Shown one piece after another: positions 10,771-22,545 of a DNA stretch of 64,000 bases (within the stretch, counting starts at the first letter, position 1; every line of letters starts with the position of its first letter). The notes beneath the pieces are model-generated. The model made no database searches. It had not been told where the DNA came from and was given only the letters and a program-made list of their open reading frames with translations. Location: IMG/VR virus record IMGVR_UViG_3300010163_002887; one strand, 5' to 3'. The translations under genes were made by a program, and so were the position numbers. The stretch comes from a virus. Lineage: Duplodnaviria; Heunggongvirae; Uroviricota; Caudoviricetes.

Positions 10771-11286
10771 GAATTCCTATTGACAAGTTTAGAGAGTGAA
10801 ACCCCTTATCCAGTTTATCAAGATGCTTTCGTTTGAATCTAGCTGACATTATGTATTCCACAAAAAATTATCAGACGAGGCCATTTGGCATTGATACAGG
10901 CATTGCCCCTCACACCCCTCTCTATCCACATGATTTTACTCAGTATCAAAGATAGTGTTGATTTTATTTAGTTTTCCTGATTATAATCTAACAATTCATG
11001 CTCAGATGTTGAATTTTGAGAAGAAAGCCCATAATTAGCTGCGTATTGGTGAGACCAAGACCGTCCCCTCACCACTCTCATTCCCAATCCCAAAGTCCTG
11101 GCTGGCACTGAACCAATCGCATCGTGAGACCTGCCTTTGTTTCCAGGCAAATATAAATTGGTGCTCATTAAAAACTGATATTTACATTGTATTTCCCGTA
11201 TATCTCTTCAAATGAACCGCAAATGCTGTTATTTGAAAGGAGAAACGGTCTACCCCATGCGTTTTCCCACAAAGTACAACACCATA

Positions 11287-11299
11287 CCCGCAAAGGCTA
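11287..11299. repeat. CCGCAAAGGC core copy upstream of ligA
   Basis: CCCGCAAAGGCTAA, about 30 nt upstream of the ligA start. Confidence 0.4.
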
Positions 11300-11314
11300 A
11301 AATCTGAACATTAA

Positions 11315-13258
<1,944 letters not shown>

Positions 13259-13384
13259 CTTTGTGGGTCGAATGCACATTGCATAGCGTCATCCTTGGTG
13301 TCCTATGAAAAAGTATTGCGAAAACTAATGAACGATGGCGTTGAGAAACTTTAAATAAATATTGGATTAAAGAGGTGCTAAATT

Positions 13385-13579
13385 ATGAAAGTAAAAGAAT
13401 TCACAAGCAAAATCAGAGATTTGGGAGCGCATCCGAGGGTTTATATCCGAGAAGGTGGCTCCATTCTTGGCAGCGGAACACCGGAGGCAGTCGGGAAAAG
13501 GTATGGAGAAAGAAAGGTTGATTCATTTTTTGCCTCAAATAGAGACGAAATCACAATCTATATCGAGCCAATAGATTGA
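13385..13579 (+). CDS. small hypothetical protein
   Basis: 64-aa ORF with an RBS; weak. Confidence 0.3.
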   Translation: MKVKEFTSKIRDLGAHPRVYIREGGSILGSGTPEAVGKRYGERKVDSFFASNRDEITIYIEPID

Positions 13580-13616
13580 ACGGAAGTGCAGAAAGCTATA
13601 GCTCGTTGGATTGCAA

Positions 13617-13657
13617 GTATCCCCTCTCGTGCAAACGGGAGGGGATATTTTTTTTGA
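13617..13657 (+). terminator. rho-independent terminator
   Basis: TATCCCCTCTCGTGCAAACGGGAGGGGATA followed by TTTTTTTT. Confidence 0.55.
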
Positions 13658-13947
13658 GGAAATGGAATAATTCCCAGGGATGTTGCAGAGGCTCAATTGG
13701 GTATGCCTTTGCGGATGCGCCGTGCGCGGCGCATGATGTTTTGTTTATTTTTCAGCTCTTTTTATTGACAAATAAATAAAATTGTGGTAGAATATATTTA
13801 GAAATTCTCATGAGGCATTGATTGGAAATGCAAATTCCCGTATAATATAGTATCCTCCTTAATGAACATGCGTAAGCAGGCTGAACTCGATAGGGTCAGT
13901 CTGCTTATTCGCCTTTATATGGCAAATTTCATAAAGGAGAGATTCCC

Positions 13948-14502
13948 ATGACATACCGCCACTTTAAAGATATTGCCTCCGCTGATAGCTATCTGCGTCA
14001 CACTGACGATTATACTATTTTCCAGAAATTGCTTGAGACAAGAGAAACCCAAGTTGTGCATTCCACCGTGATTGAGCCAATGTATGAGTGTGAGACACAG
14101 TTTGAAGAATTGTATTTTCTTGTTGTTATGCAGCTCCTTCCTGATAACAGCGTCCGCTATTACAGTGGCGATGACTTCACTCTCGTTGAGATTGATATAG
14201 ATGTTCACAATTCATTTGAGCATTTTTGCAGATTATACCTTAACGATCCCCGCAGCACCCGACTGATTAATAGACTTTTAAGCAATCCTAAAGAAAGTAA
14301 TGATTACACAGCAAATCTTTTTCATGTGCTGCTTTTAGACATGAAGAAAGTGATGTTTTCTTCTCTGAATGCCGCTCCTTTTGTATTCGGAGAATACTAT
14401 TTTGATACCGATAAAGTCGCTGACATTGCGATGAAAAGAAATTGCAACAATAAAGCTGAAACTCACGTCCATTTTCGCTTTAACGAGTTGTTTGAAATAT
14501 AG
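13948..14502 (+). CDS. hypothetical protein
   Basis: 184-aa ORF with RBS AAGGAGAG; no motif recognised. Confidence 0.4.
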   Translation: MTYRHFKDIASADSYLRHTDDYTIFQKLLETRETQVVHSTVIEPMYECETQFEELYFLVVMQLLPDNSVRYYSGDDFTLVEIDIDVHNSFEHFCRLYLNDPRSTRLINRLLSNPKESNDYTANLFHVLLLDMKKVMFSSLNAAPFVFGEYYFDTDKVADIAMKRNCNNKAETHVHFRFNELFEI

Positions 14503-14503
14503 C

Positions 14504-14533
14504 AAAACACCGCTCCGTTGGGGGCGGTGTTTT
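14504..14533 (+). terminator. stem-loop terminator (possibly bidirectional)
   Basis: AAACACCGCTCCGTTGGGGGCGGTGTTTTGTT. Confidence 0.45.
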
Positions 14534-14546
14534 GTTGCTGAGAAGA

Positions 14547-15053
14547 TCAAAAATCTAGGCATTTTCCTGACGCATCAAAATGGATACTCAATGTTCCATT
14601 TTTGATAAACGTTTTGTCGCTCTTTGTTACAACTGTCCGAATGTAGAGGTGCTGTTCTCCGACTTGGATAATCGGTACAAAGTTCAGCCCCTCCCGGATC
14701 AGGGCAACCGCATTGTATTGACCTTCTCTCATGGGCTTATTGCTGTCTTCATCCCAGCTCATAAGGCAAGAATCCTTAACCATCTCTAAAATGTCCGTGT
14801 CCTTAATGAGAGTCACAATCGTAGCCATGAGCACCGTAGGCGATGAGCAAATACTGCGCTCAAACATACGGTCGTCGCTATGAGGACTCATCACCAGGTA
14901 ATGCGGCATAAACTCTCCCCTGCTGTCAGAAAACTTCATGCAACTAAACCCTTCGCTTGCCTTTACATAACTTTCAACCTTTTGAAAAAACTTTGAGGCC
15001 GACAATGTGGCCTCCCATTGCAGCATCATATCTGCTGGATGTACGTGTGCCAT
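14547..15053 (-). CDS. hypothetical protein
   Basis: 168-aa ORF; no motif recognised. Confidence 0.4.
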   Translation of the reverse strand: MAHVHPADMMLQWEATLSASKFFQKVESYVKASEGFSCMKFSDSRGEFMPHYLVMSPHSDDRMFERSICSSPTVLMATIVTLIKDTDILEMVKDSCLMSWDEDSNKPMREGQYNAVALIREGLNFVPIIQVGEQHLYIRTVVTKSDKTFIKNGTLSIHFDASGKCLDF

Positions 15054-15243
15054 TAAATGATACTCCCTTGTTTCAATATTTAATTGTCGATGTTTCTCAA
15101 GCGAAACCCCTTGCTTCCTGAAGCGGAAGAAATGCTAACTTTTGGTTTATCACATCCTTTTTCAAATTTTGACTGACTATATGGAAACGCAGGGAAATTA
15201 TTAAGCACAGCCTAAATTCATCGCGTGCATTCTCACCCTGCGT

Positions 15244-15286
15244 CAGTCGCGCCAGCGACTCCCGCAAAGGCAACCCCCTCGTCCCC
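15244..15286. repeat. intergenic repeat unit: hairpin AGTCGC-GCCA-GCGACT plus CCCGCAAAGGCAACCCCCTCGTCCCCC
   Basis: Same family as 4712..4750. Confidence 0.6.
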
Positions 15287-15300
15287 CATCGTCACGCCGC

Positions 15301-15335
15301 AAAAAAATCCCCCTTGCCCCAAGCGGGCAAGGGGG
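15301..15335 (-). terminator. rho-independent terminator of the SleB-like gene
   Basis: CCCCCTTGCCCGCTTGGGGCAAGGGGG followed by a T-run on the minus strand. Confidence 0.55.
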
Positions 15336-15340
15336 AAACC

Positions 15341-16279
15341 TCAAGGTTCCTCAGATACAACTCCTTCAACAATATCCTGCTGATGCAGGTCGTCTGCCAA
15401 CGCAACAAGTTCAGCATCTGTTTTTGTCCTGTTCCCATACCGATCGATTGGTTCAAGAGAGCCATTGTAGCAATAATAGTTGTTGTAGAGATTTCGGTTA
15501 TATTGCTTGTTATCGACGACCAGGAATGTGCCGCCTGTCCCCTGTCGAAACCCTGCTTGAAAAATGATATTCGCAGGAACGGGAAACTGACCAGACAGAA
15601 CTTGTTTTGCGCTTGCGATCATTTCGGCACTCGGGGTTCTATTTTTAATCATGTACGGCCAACAGGCATAATGTCTGGGCGCAATGATGGCATCAATTAA
15701 AGAATGGATCGTTGGAAACTCATTCGAGTAGACATGGTTCAGGACAACTGACCCAACCATCAACTGATCCATCTTGCTCGGGCCAGCCTCAGACGCGATG
15801 AGCTTTGCAAGAAGGGTTATGGTGTCTTCCTTGCTTGTAGTGAGTCCCAAGGAATCCAAGGCTTGCTGTCCCTTAGTGGATACGGACGTGTGGGCCATCA
15901 AATCTTTGTACCCCATTTCCAGTGGATCAGGTTGTGTAACCAATTCCACCGTATCTACTGGTTTATCTTTGCTTGTACTGACTGGGTATCCGGTTTTTGC
16001 GGGGGTACTCAGGACAACCGCATCGTTGGCTGGCTCTTGGATGATTCGAATGGGTTGCTGTTCGATAAGCACTTCTGATGTCTGCGTGTTCTCCTTATCA
16101 TGTGCTGAGGCTGTAGGGCGGATAGCATCCCATGTAAATCCCATCGCGATCAAAGTGATTCCCAAGAGAATCAGACTCCCAATGAAAGATAGGTTGCCAT
16201 GTCTGGTAGAGCTAAACATAGTAGATAAATCCTTTCTTTTAAATTTGATTTGCAACCATGTTGCAGAATCCTCTTCCAA
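15341..16279 (-). CDS. cell wall hydrolase, SleB-like (Hydrolase_2 family) with N-terminal membrane anchor
   Basis: TM segment FIGSLILLGITLIAMGF. C-terminal domain with LIASEAG...VGSVVLNHVYSNEFP...HYACW blocks typical of SleB-type cortex-lytic hydrolases. Confidence 0.5.
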   Translation of the reverse strand: MEEDSATWLQIKFKRKDLSTMFSSTRHGNLSFIGSLILLGITLIAMGFTWDAIRPTASAHDKENTQTSEVLIEQQPIRIIQEPANDAVVLSTPAKTGYPVSTSKDKPVDTVELVTQPDPLEMGYKDLMAHTSVSTKGQQALDSLGLTTSKEDTITLLAKLIASEAGPSKMDQLMVGSVVLNHVYSNEFPTIHSLIDAIIAPRHYACWPYMIKNRTPSAEMIASAKQVLSGQFPVPANIIFQAGFRQGTGGTFLVVDNKQYNRNLYNNYYCYNGSLEPIDRYGNRTKTDAELVALADDLHQQDIVEGVVSEEP

Positions 16280-16465
16280 AGAAATACTCCTTTCTCAAAT
16301 CTCTGCATTTTTGAAGGTTGGCTGATGCTATGTGATTAAGCTATAATTATCAAAACAACTTTGCCTTTCCGAGGATTCATGTGATAATACTGAAAAAGAA
16401 ACAAAAATATCAAAATTTAATTTTTTGTTTTTAGGGTATCAAAAGATTCCGAAATTGGGACAAAA

Positions 16466-16495
16466 AAAAGAGGTCTTGTTTCCAAGACCTCTAAT
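16466..16495 (-). terminator. rho-independent terminator downstream of the thyX-like gene
   Basis: AGAGGTCTTGGAAACAAGACCTCT followed by a T-run on the minus strand. Confidence 0.5.
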
Positions 16496-16504
16496 GGAAG
16501 AATG

Positions 16505-17821
16505 TTATGCTCTTCTTACCTTCCCACAACTCAGCGTCCCCTCGGGACACTTCCCTGTCGTATAGCAGGCGGGGCCGTAGTGCTGAAACAGGGCGGGGCA
16601 AGTTGGTTTAACTGCTTCCAGCATACGAGCCGCAATCTGCCGAATTTCCCATTGAGCGCGGTTGCACGTCCGCAGCCGAACAAACAGTTGCAGTTCCCTG
16701 GCATTCATTGTGGTGATAACCGGGATTAGCGTTGCGCTGGTAAGATAGTAGAAACTATATCCGCGCAGCTCTGGATTTTCACTGATGCGTTTCCGCTCCG
16801 CAAACGCTTCAATCAATGTACTTTGATAGATATCACGCCATGCGGGGTTGTCGGCGATGCTCTTAGGCATAATCTGCCGCTCACTCTTAATTTGTTCCAG
16901 CGGTGGGATCACGATGGACTGCATCCGATGCCGCACCAGATGCGTCAGCGTCGGCAGAGAGATGTCTTTGATGGCAAACCCGTAGTTCAATTGCTCCAGC
17001 TCTCTGGGCCGGCTGGATGCCGCCAGCGCCTCCAAATCAAAGGGGCTACCGTCAGGCCGTGCTACCCCCCAAGCGCTCCTCAACAGCTCCTCTGGGTTTT
17101 GAGGGAACTGGAGCAGAGAGACCTTCCCAGCATTCTTCGCTGTGATTAACTCATAATTGTTCAATGAGATGCTTCCAGGAAGTTCATAGGAGGTTTCGGG
17201 GGAAAGGAGCAGGGCGGCGTTGGGGAACAGCTCTTCCAGTTGATTCGCAAGCTGATTGGCGATATCCCTCAGCTCCGGGATTCCCCTGGCTCGGGCGGCG
17301 TTGATCAGATGCACCAGTTGACGGGCATTCAGAGTGCAGTAGAAACTGCTGTGGAAGGAATAGGGCAGTAGAAAGCGGGCGTCTTCCTTGGGTGCGCCAA
17401 GTTCCAGCAGCTTGCGGTATGCATCAAAAAGATTGTCCATATAGCGACAATACTGGTTGTACGCCCCTTCTGACAGACCTGCGGGAATGTAGTAACCCTG
17501 TCCGCCGAAATCGACATAGCGTCGCGATTTGACGGTAAATGACGCCAGGCGAAATTCAATAAAGAACTGCTCTACAAACACCGAGACATTCCAGAGTGCG
17601 ATTGAGAACACGGCATGTTCGAGGACAGAACAATGACCGGAACGCAATACCTTCTTAATGAGCGCAAAGTTGCCTTCATTGTCTTTTGCGGACTGGAAGA
17701 TATCCATGGCATTTCCTTGGGTTGTAGAAATGCGGGCCGCGCCAGCACAGATGGCTTCACCATACTGGTTGATGCTGACGATTTGGGCTTTGGGGGTCGT
17801 ATTAGTTGAAAATTTTGACAT
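16505..17821 (-). CDS. thyX: FAD-dependent thymidylate synthase ThyX-like, two-repeat architecture
   Basis: N-terminal repeat has GHCSVLEH...SRRYVDF. The second repeat carries the ThyX motif RHRMQS. 438 aa is about twice a canonical ThyX. C-terminal Cys cluster CPALFQHYGPACYTTGKCPEGTLSCG. Confidence 0.6.
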   Translation of the reverse strand: MSKFSTNTTPKAQIVSINQYGEAICAGAARISTTQGNAMDIFQSAKDNEGNFALIKKVLRSGHCSVLEHAVFSIALWNVSVFVEQFFIEFRLASFTVKSRRYVDFGGQGYYIPAGLSEGAYNQYCRYMDNLFDAYRKLLELGAPKEDARFLLPYSFHSSFYCTLNARQLVHLINAARARGIPELRDIANQLANQLEELFPNAALLLSPETSYELPGSISLNNYELITAKNAGKVSLLQFPQNPEELLRSAWGVARPDGSPFDLEALAASSRPRELEQLNYGFAIKDISLPTLTHLVRHRMQSIVIPPLEQIKSERQIMPKSIADNPAWRDIYQSTLIEAFAERKRISENPELRGYSFYYLTSATLIPVITTMNARELQLFVRLRTCNRAQWEIRQIAARMLEAVKPTCPALFQHYGPACYTTGKCPEGTLSCGKVRRA

Positions 17822-17824
17822 AGT

Positions 17825-18049
17825 TTATTCTCCTCTCTGATTCCAAGCCTTATCAGACTCTTCCCTACTGTGATACTTTCGAATAGGTTGCGAAACTCCA
17901 CATTGAGTACACTTGACAATGTACCAATGCTTTTGTTCATAGATTCCCATGGGTATGCGGCTGAGGTCAACGCTTATGAGCTTGCCAGAATAGACATGCC
18001 CTTGGCGTTTAGGGCTTCCGCCACAAAATGGGCAGCTTTTTAATTTCAT
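17825..18049 (-). CDS. Lar-family restriction alleviation-like zinc-ribbon protein
   Basis: 74 aa beginning MKLKSCPFCGG, with a second CTQCG pair; this matches the Lar family signature. Confidence 0.5.
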   Translation of the reverse strand: MKLKSCPFCGGSPKRQGHVYSGKLISVDLSRIPMGIYEQKHWYIVKCTQCGVSQPIRKYHSREESDKAWNQRGE

Positions 18050-18064
18050 ATATGTTATCCACCT

Positions 18065-18499
18065 TCAAATTTTACTAATATTGTATATTTTCTTACATGC
18101 CAAGGAAAATTTTTTCTTGCAATTACCGAGCCAGTTGCCAAGCTCCCTATTAAGAATCCATTCTGGATTACAAAATAAAAATTGCTTTCCATCAGAAGAT
18201 ACGGAAATCAAACAATTTATAACCCGAAGTCGCGCACTTAGCCTAGACAGTATTTTTGTCGTATCCCTTAGCAATTGTGCAAAACATGCATTTGGTATCA
18301 CCTCATCTACTGTAATCAAGATTTGCTCCTCCCAGCCATTTACATTGTATACAAGCTTTTTGTTTAAAAAGAAATTAATGTGCTGTTGAGGGTCGCATAT
18401 TTTAGGAAGATGTTCAATAGCCGTTTGTACTATATATGTTGTTTCTACAAAATTTCCGCTAAAAGGCGCAATCTCAATTGCGCCAAATATTTGATTCAT
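18065..18499 (-). CDS. hypothetical protein (tandem paralog)
   Basis: Shares HLPKI...ILITV blocks with 18519..19013. Confidence 0.4.
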   Translation of the reverse strand: MNQIFGAIEIAPFSGNFVETTYIVQTAIEHLPKICDPQQHINFFLNKKLVYNVNGWEEQILITVDEVIPNACFAQLLRDTTKILSRLSARLRVINCLISVSSDGKQFLFCNPEWILNRELGNWLGNCKKKFSLACKKIYNISKI

Positions 18500-18518
18500 A
18501 AATTGTGTTCTCCCGTCT

Positions 18519-19013
18519 TCATGTATTTTTTAAAAAACCTCGTGGAAATCTATGAATAAAATGATCTACCCAATCTGTCAATTCTTGCTTGATAATCCAA
18601 TCTGGATCGTGGAAGATAAATTGTTTTTTGTCGGAAGAAACCGATATCAAACAACTTTTGACCCAAAGCCGAGAACTTAGACGAGACAACATCCTTGTAG
18701 TTTCTCTTAAAGTGTTTTGAAAACTCGCATCACGCAATGATCCCTCTACTGTAATCAAAATCTTAGTTTGCCATTCAAAAAGGCCCCATTGATTTTCTCT
18801 CTGCATGAGATTACTGCGTTTATTGAATTCATCAACATTGCTGGACGTATTTAAGCCTTTGAGTGCATTTATGTAGAACTTTGCACACCCTTCAGACCCA
18901 TAAATTTTGGGTAGATGATTAACAACTGTTTGTGCAATATACATTGCCTCGGCGGTACTCCTAGAAATAGTTTCTGCTACAATAACGCCTGTTACACGAG
19001 ACCATATACTCAT
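18519..19013 (-). CDS. hypothetical protein (tandem paralog)
   Basis: Paralog of 18065..18499. Confidence 0.4.
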   Translation of the reverse strand: MSIWSRVTGVIVAETISRSTAEAMYIAQTVVNHLPKIYGSEGCAKFYINALKGLNTSSNVDEFNKRSNLMQRENQWGLFEWQTKILITVEGSLRDASFQNTLRETTRMLSRLSSRLWVKSCLISVSSDKKQFIFHDPDWIIKQELTDWVDHFIHRFPRGFLKNT

Positions 19014-19033
19014 TTAAGAACAACCCCTTTTAA

Positions 19034-19246
19034 TTAGTTGTAAATGAAATTATTCCGGCCAACATATTCTCCAAACTGATAATCCTCATCCGTTACGCCG
19101 CTATACCAGGTCATTTCACCATGCTTATCCTCGATGTCAATCAGCTTTCCCATGCACTCCTCTTCATCATTTCCACTGACCTCTACTTCTTCACCATCGG
19201 CATAGCGTCCAACCATTTTCCACGGCCATTTGAGATTAAACCTCAT
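19034..19246 (-). CDS. small hypothetical protein
   Basis: 70-aa ORF; acidic. Confidence 0.3.
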   Translation of the reverse strand: MRFNLKWPWKMVGRYADGEEVEVSGNDEEECMGKLIDIEDKHGEMTWYSGVTDEDYQFGEYVGRNNFIYN

Positions 19247-19365
19247 AATATCCTCCTTCTTATTTTTACCTTACCTTAATTTCAAAAAAATTGCCTCCGT
19301 ATATACTGTCTGCCGAAACATCCTTTTCAACATTTACAGCATTATACGGAGGCGAATTATAAATA

Positions 19366-19908
19366 TCAATGGGAAATCGACGGACTCCCGATTGTTGTTT
19401 TTGTAAGTGTTATAGGGTCAATCACAATAATTGTCTTTCCTGCTTTTTGTGCGTAGCGCACGGTTGCCGCAGTTCCACCTCGTCTTTCTCCATTGTAAAC
19501 AGCCAGTAATAGATTAGACGTTTCAATCAATTGACGATTTCGGTCAAGCATACATCCATCGTAATATTCACGGCTTACATACTCCACGGAGTCAGCTTGC
19601 TTTAGAATAGAATAATACCTTTCCTGTGCAAATTGATTCCATTTGTTAGCCTGTCCCTCGAATGGCAGGATGCAATGTAACTTCAAGTTAGGATTCTCTT
19701 CGCGCAGCGCCAGAACAAACAGCGCCGACCAGCAATCAACCCCATCCGCTCCCCCACTATAAAAGTCGGTTACTCCGGTCTTGGTCAAGAGTGTGATCTG
19801 TTCCGCCAATACAGTCTTTAAAGCCACACAACGGTTGTCTGTTTCATCGTACCGCCAAGGAAACTTGTGTGGTCGATGACCGGTAAATGCACAGTGCTTT
19901 CTTTCCAT
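19366..19908 (-). CDS. SLOG-family protein (DUF1273, YoqJ-like)
   Basis: Begins CAFTGHRP and has GGADGVD, the signatures of the DUF1273/YoqJ prophage family. Confidence 0.55.
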   Translation of the reverse strand: MERKHCAFTGHRPHKFPWRYDETDNRCVALKTVLAEQITLLTKTGVTDFYSGGADGVDCWSALFVLALREENPNLKLHCILPFEGQANKWNQFAQERYYSILKQADSVEYVSREYYDGCMLDRNRQLIETSNLLLAVYNGERRGGTAATVRYAQKAGKTIIVIDPITLTKTTIGSPSISH

Positions 19909-19956
19909 GATGGATCTACCCCTTTGGCAAGTATTTGAGATTATACACGAATTATA

Positions 19957-20646
19957 TTAGAAGATTATTGTTTTGTGAAATTCGTGCTCAAAGATACGTT
20001 TAGCAATTTCCATATTCTGTTCTACTTGTTCGACATAAGGAGCACTAAGATCGTATGAGAGATACAATGCACTGAGCAGAACTTCAAGTAATCTCCCCTT
20101 AATTTGCTCCTTATCCATTTTAAATGTAATACTAGCTAGACCACCAAGGAGTTTGTGCCATGCCAACGTCATTGGCTCGGATTCTCTAATACTAAATTCG
20201 TCTAGCCACTCATTGAGCGTCCACTGTTTTCCATTTCGTCGTCCGCTCTGACAGCTTCTTTCATTCATGAAATAGTGAAATGTCTGATTGCGTGAATCAA
20301 AGTACCTTCCAAGAGGAAACAGGGCGCATACTGCTGGTTTGTTCTGATGTACCATGCATTTGCCTTTTCTAAGAAGACGACAACTACCATCAAGGCGTTC
20401 ATCCAACGCAAGCACAGGAACATGCGAATTGTCTCCAATGTAACCAATCATGTTCTTTTTTATAGTTTCCCTCAGGGTTGTGCCGAGAGTTTTTGCAATC
20501 CGAAAAATGTCTGCACCTGTCAATATGATTGGTTCGCATCTTTTTCTGCAACAGTCCCCACACATAGCACATTCAAAAGTAAATGTGTCATTGGGATGCA
20601 GCTCGTTCTTGCGAAAGTTTTCAAATTCCTCTTCTGTAAATGCCAT
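19957..20646 (-). CDS. YkgJ-family zinc/iron-chelating domain protein
   Basis: CAMCGDCC (CxxCxxCC) plus a later CMVHQNKPAVC. Confidence 0.5.
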   Translation of the reverse strand: MAFTEEEFENFRKNELHPNDTFTFECAMCGDCCRKRCEPIILTGADIFRIAKTLGTTLRETIKKNMIGYIGDNSHVPVLALDERLDGSCRLLRKGKCMVHQNKPAVCALFPLGRYFDSRNQTFHYFMNERSCQSGRRNGKQWTLNEWLDEFSIRESEPMTLAWHKLLGGLASITFKMDKEQIKGRLLEVLLSALYLSYDLSAPYVEQVEQNMEIAKRIFEHEFHKTIIF

Positions 20647-20731
20647 ATTTGCCTCCTAATTCTCGTTGCAAAATTTATTTGAGAAATCCATGCTATCTAT
20701 ATTTCTTAATCCGCGCCGTTAATAAGGTTTC

Positions 20732-21178
20732 TTATCCCTTATCGTTCCACCGTTCCTCCGGCTTGAGAAACATATACTCGGAGCCTATAATGTCAGTATG
20801 TTTTTCATTATCGTAGAGGCGACAGAAAAAGCGCTCTCTTGGAGACTGCGCATCAAACCATGCGTTGAGTTCCGCTGCTGTTGCGAAAGTGGCCTCGGTG
20901 CTTGTCCCATACCCAACAGAGTACCGGAGAAAGAAATTTAGCTCTGGCTCCGGTGTGAGTCCGCAAGCCTGGGCAATATCTTTCGGCAAAGGCTTGTGGT
21001 AATAGATGTATCCCCATGCCTCACAGCCCAACCTTTGCACATAGGTTTTTTCGTCAAAGTTGACAAAATGCCCAGCACCTTGCTTCGGGCATTTGCTAGG
21101 TTCAATCGGATGCTCTATGCTGTAATAAACCTTCATGACATTTCTTCTTTCCCGATTGTGAGTTAAATAGATGTCCAA
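20732..21178 (-). CDS. hypothetical protein
   Basis: 148-aa ORF; no motif recognised. Confidence 0.4.
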   Translation of the reverse strand: MDIYLTHNRERRNVMKVYYSIEHPIEPSKCPKQGAGHFVNFDEKTYVQRLGCEAWGYIYYHKPLPKDIAQACGLTPEPELNFFLRYSVGYGTSTEATFATAAELNAWFDAQSPRERFFCRLYDNEKHTDIIGSEYMFLKPEERWNDKG

Positions 21179-21366
21179 TAAAACTCCCGCACATATAGGT
21201 TGAATAATTGACCTCCTTCCTCCCCTTTCTGCTGAGGGAGTTTGCTTTGGAGAAGAGATATTCAGTATTATAGCATATTATTTACTACAAGTAAATGATA
21301 TTTTTATTCTTGGTAATTTTAATTTAGTCTAGAAATTGGTAGCATACTAATGGAGCGTGATATGGT

Positions 21367-21597
21367 ATGCAAACTGAATTTCCTGAGAAATACAAAATTC
21401 TTGGCTTGAAAATTGCCTATTACCGAAAGAAGGCAGGTTATACTCAAGAAGGATTTGCAGAAAAGATCAATAAAAGTGTTAATTTCCTCGCCCAAGTTGA
21501 AGGAACAGGCACCACAAGAGGCGTGTCGCTTGAGACTCTATTTAAAATTGCTTCTGTGCTTGAAATTCCTGCATCAAAGTTGCTGGAAGACGACTAG
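21367..21597 (+). CDS. XRE-family helix-turn-helix transcriptional regulator
   Basis: LGLKIAYYRKKAGYTQEGFAEKINKSVNFLAQVE is an HTH_3 pattern; 76 aa. Confidence 0.7.
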   Translation: MQTEFPEKYKILGLKIAYYRKKAGYTQEGFAEKINKSVNFLAQVEGTGTTRGVSLETLFKIASVLEIPASKLLEDD

Positions 21598-21614
21598 CTG
21601 ATTTCCATAAAAAT

Positions 21615-21654
21615 AGAACGTCTCCTATGTAAGGCGACGTTCTACTTTTATATT
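21615..21654 (+). terminator. rho-independent terminator after the XRE gene
   Basis: AGAACGTCTCCTATGTAAGGCGACGTTCT followed by ACTTTTAT. Confidence 0.5.
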
Positions 21655-21861
21655 CCTAAGAATTTTTAATTATGACCAAAATACAATCGATTTTTTCAAT
21701 ATTTTTAATATTGCTCTTTTCCCCACCCTGTGATATAGTCTACTCAAAACATTCCATGAACAATTACCAAGACCCACTATGTGATGGTTACATCGAAAAC
21801 GCGCCCAGGATCTCAGCAATCCTGGCACGCCCCTGCTACCGTCACATTATATCACACTCAT

Positions 21862-21893
21862 GGGCCTTGGAGCAACCCAAGGCCCTGTTTTAT
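21862..21893 (+). terminator. stem-loop plus T-run
   Basis: GGGCCTTGGAGCAACCCAAGGCCC followed by TGTTTTAT. Confidence 0.4.
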
Positions 21894-22545
21894 GCCCTTC
21901 TCCCCTACCTCTCCCCCGCCGCCCCTCTCCCTCCACCCCTTCGGGCCACCGTGATTCTATCGAACGCTCTCTCCCCTGTCCCCCCTCAAACTGATTCAAA
22001 AGTTGTGGATGGTACCATAAATGAGACCGTTCTACCAATATTGTCGCGAGATATCAGAATCCGTGTGCTCCAGAATCATGGGCGGCGGCATTGGCTGATA
22101 CCGAGGAAAAGTCAGAGGGGTGAGATTGGGCGTGGCTTGGGTGGGTGGAGCATGGGACGGCTTGGGGGGCGCTTGAGGGCGGCTCCGGGGTGTGGATTGA
22201 GCGGCTTGGGGGCGCGGGTTTGGGGGCTAAGATGTGTGAGACAGTGGGTACGCTTTCCGAGTTATACGCACAGAGTGTTTTCGAGTAATTGCAATTTTCC
22301 CGAGAATTTGAGAAATTAGCAAGAATTACTCCGAACTTGTAAAATCAAGCAAAAAATTGCAAAATACGAAAGTAAGGAGGATAAAACTAATGGTTTAGAG
22401 TATGAAAAATAATAAATGTAGATAGGAGGACGAAACTGGGGAAAATTTAAAATACTAAAATATAAATTCGTAAGTGAGTTATGTAAACTATTAATATAAA
22501 ATTTGGAATAAATAACCCCAAAATAAACAGTTAGGAGTTATAAAT

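Noticed and set aside
22120-22230. G-rich GGCTTGGGGGCGC repeats as a CRISPR array
   Set aside because: There are only three irregular copies, with no regular spacer structure and no cas genes; the tniQ element is not CRISPR-associated.
21672-22319. 215-aa ORF with Pro/Gly/Arg-rich low-complexity translation
   Set aside because: The translation is driven by the C-rich and G-rich tracts and has no domain. The region was treated as structured non-coding DNA and a possible Tn7 attachment region instead.
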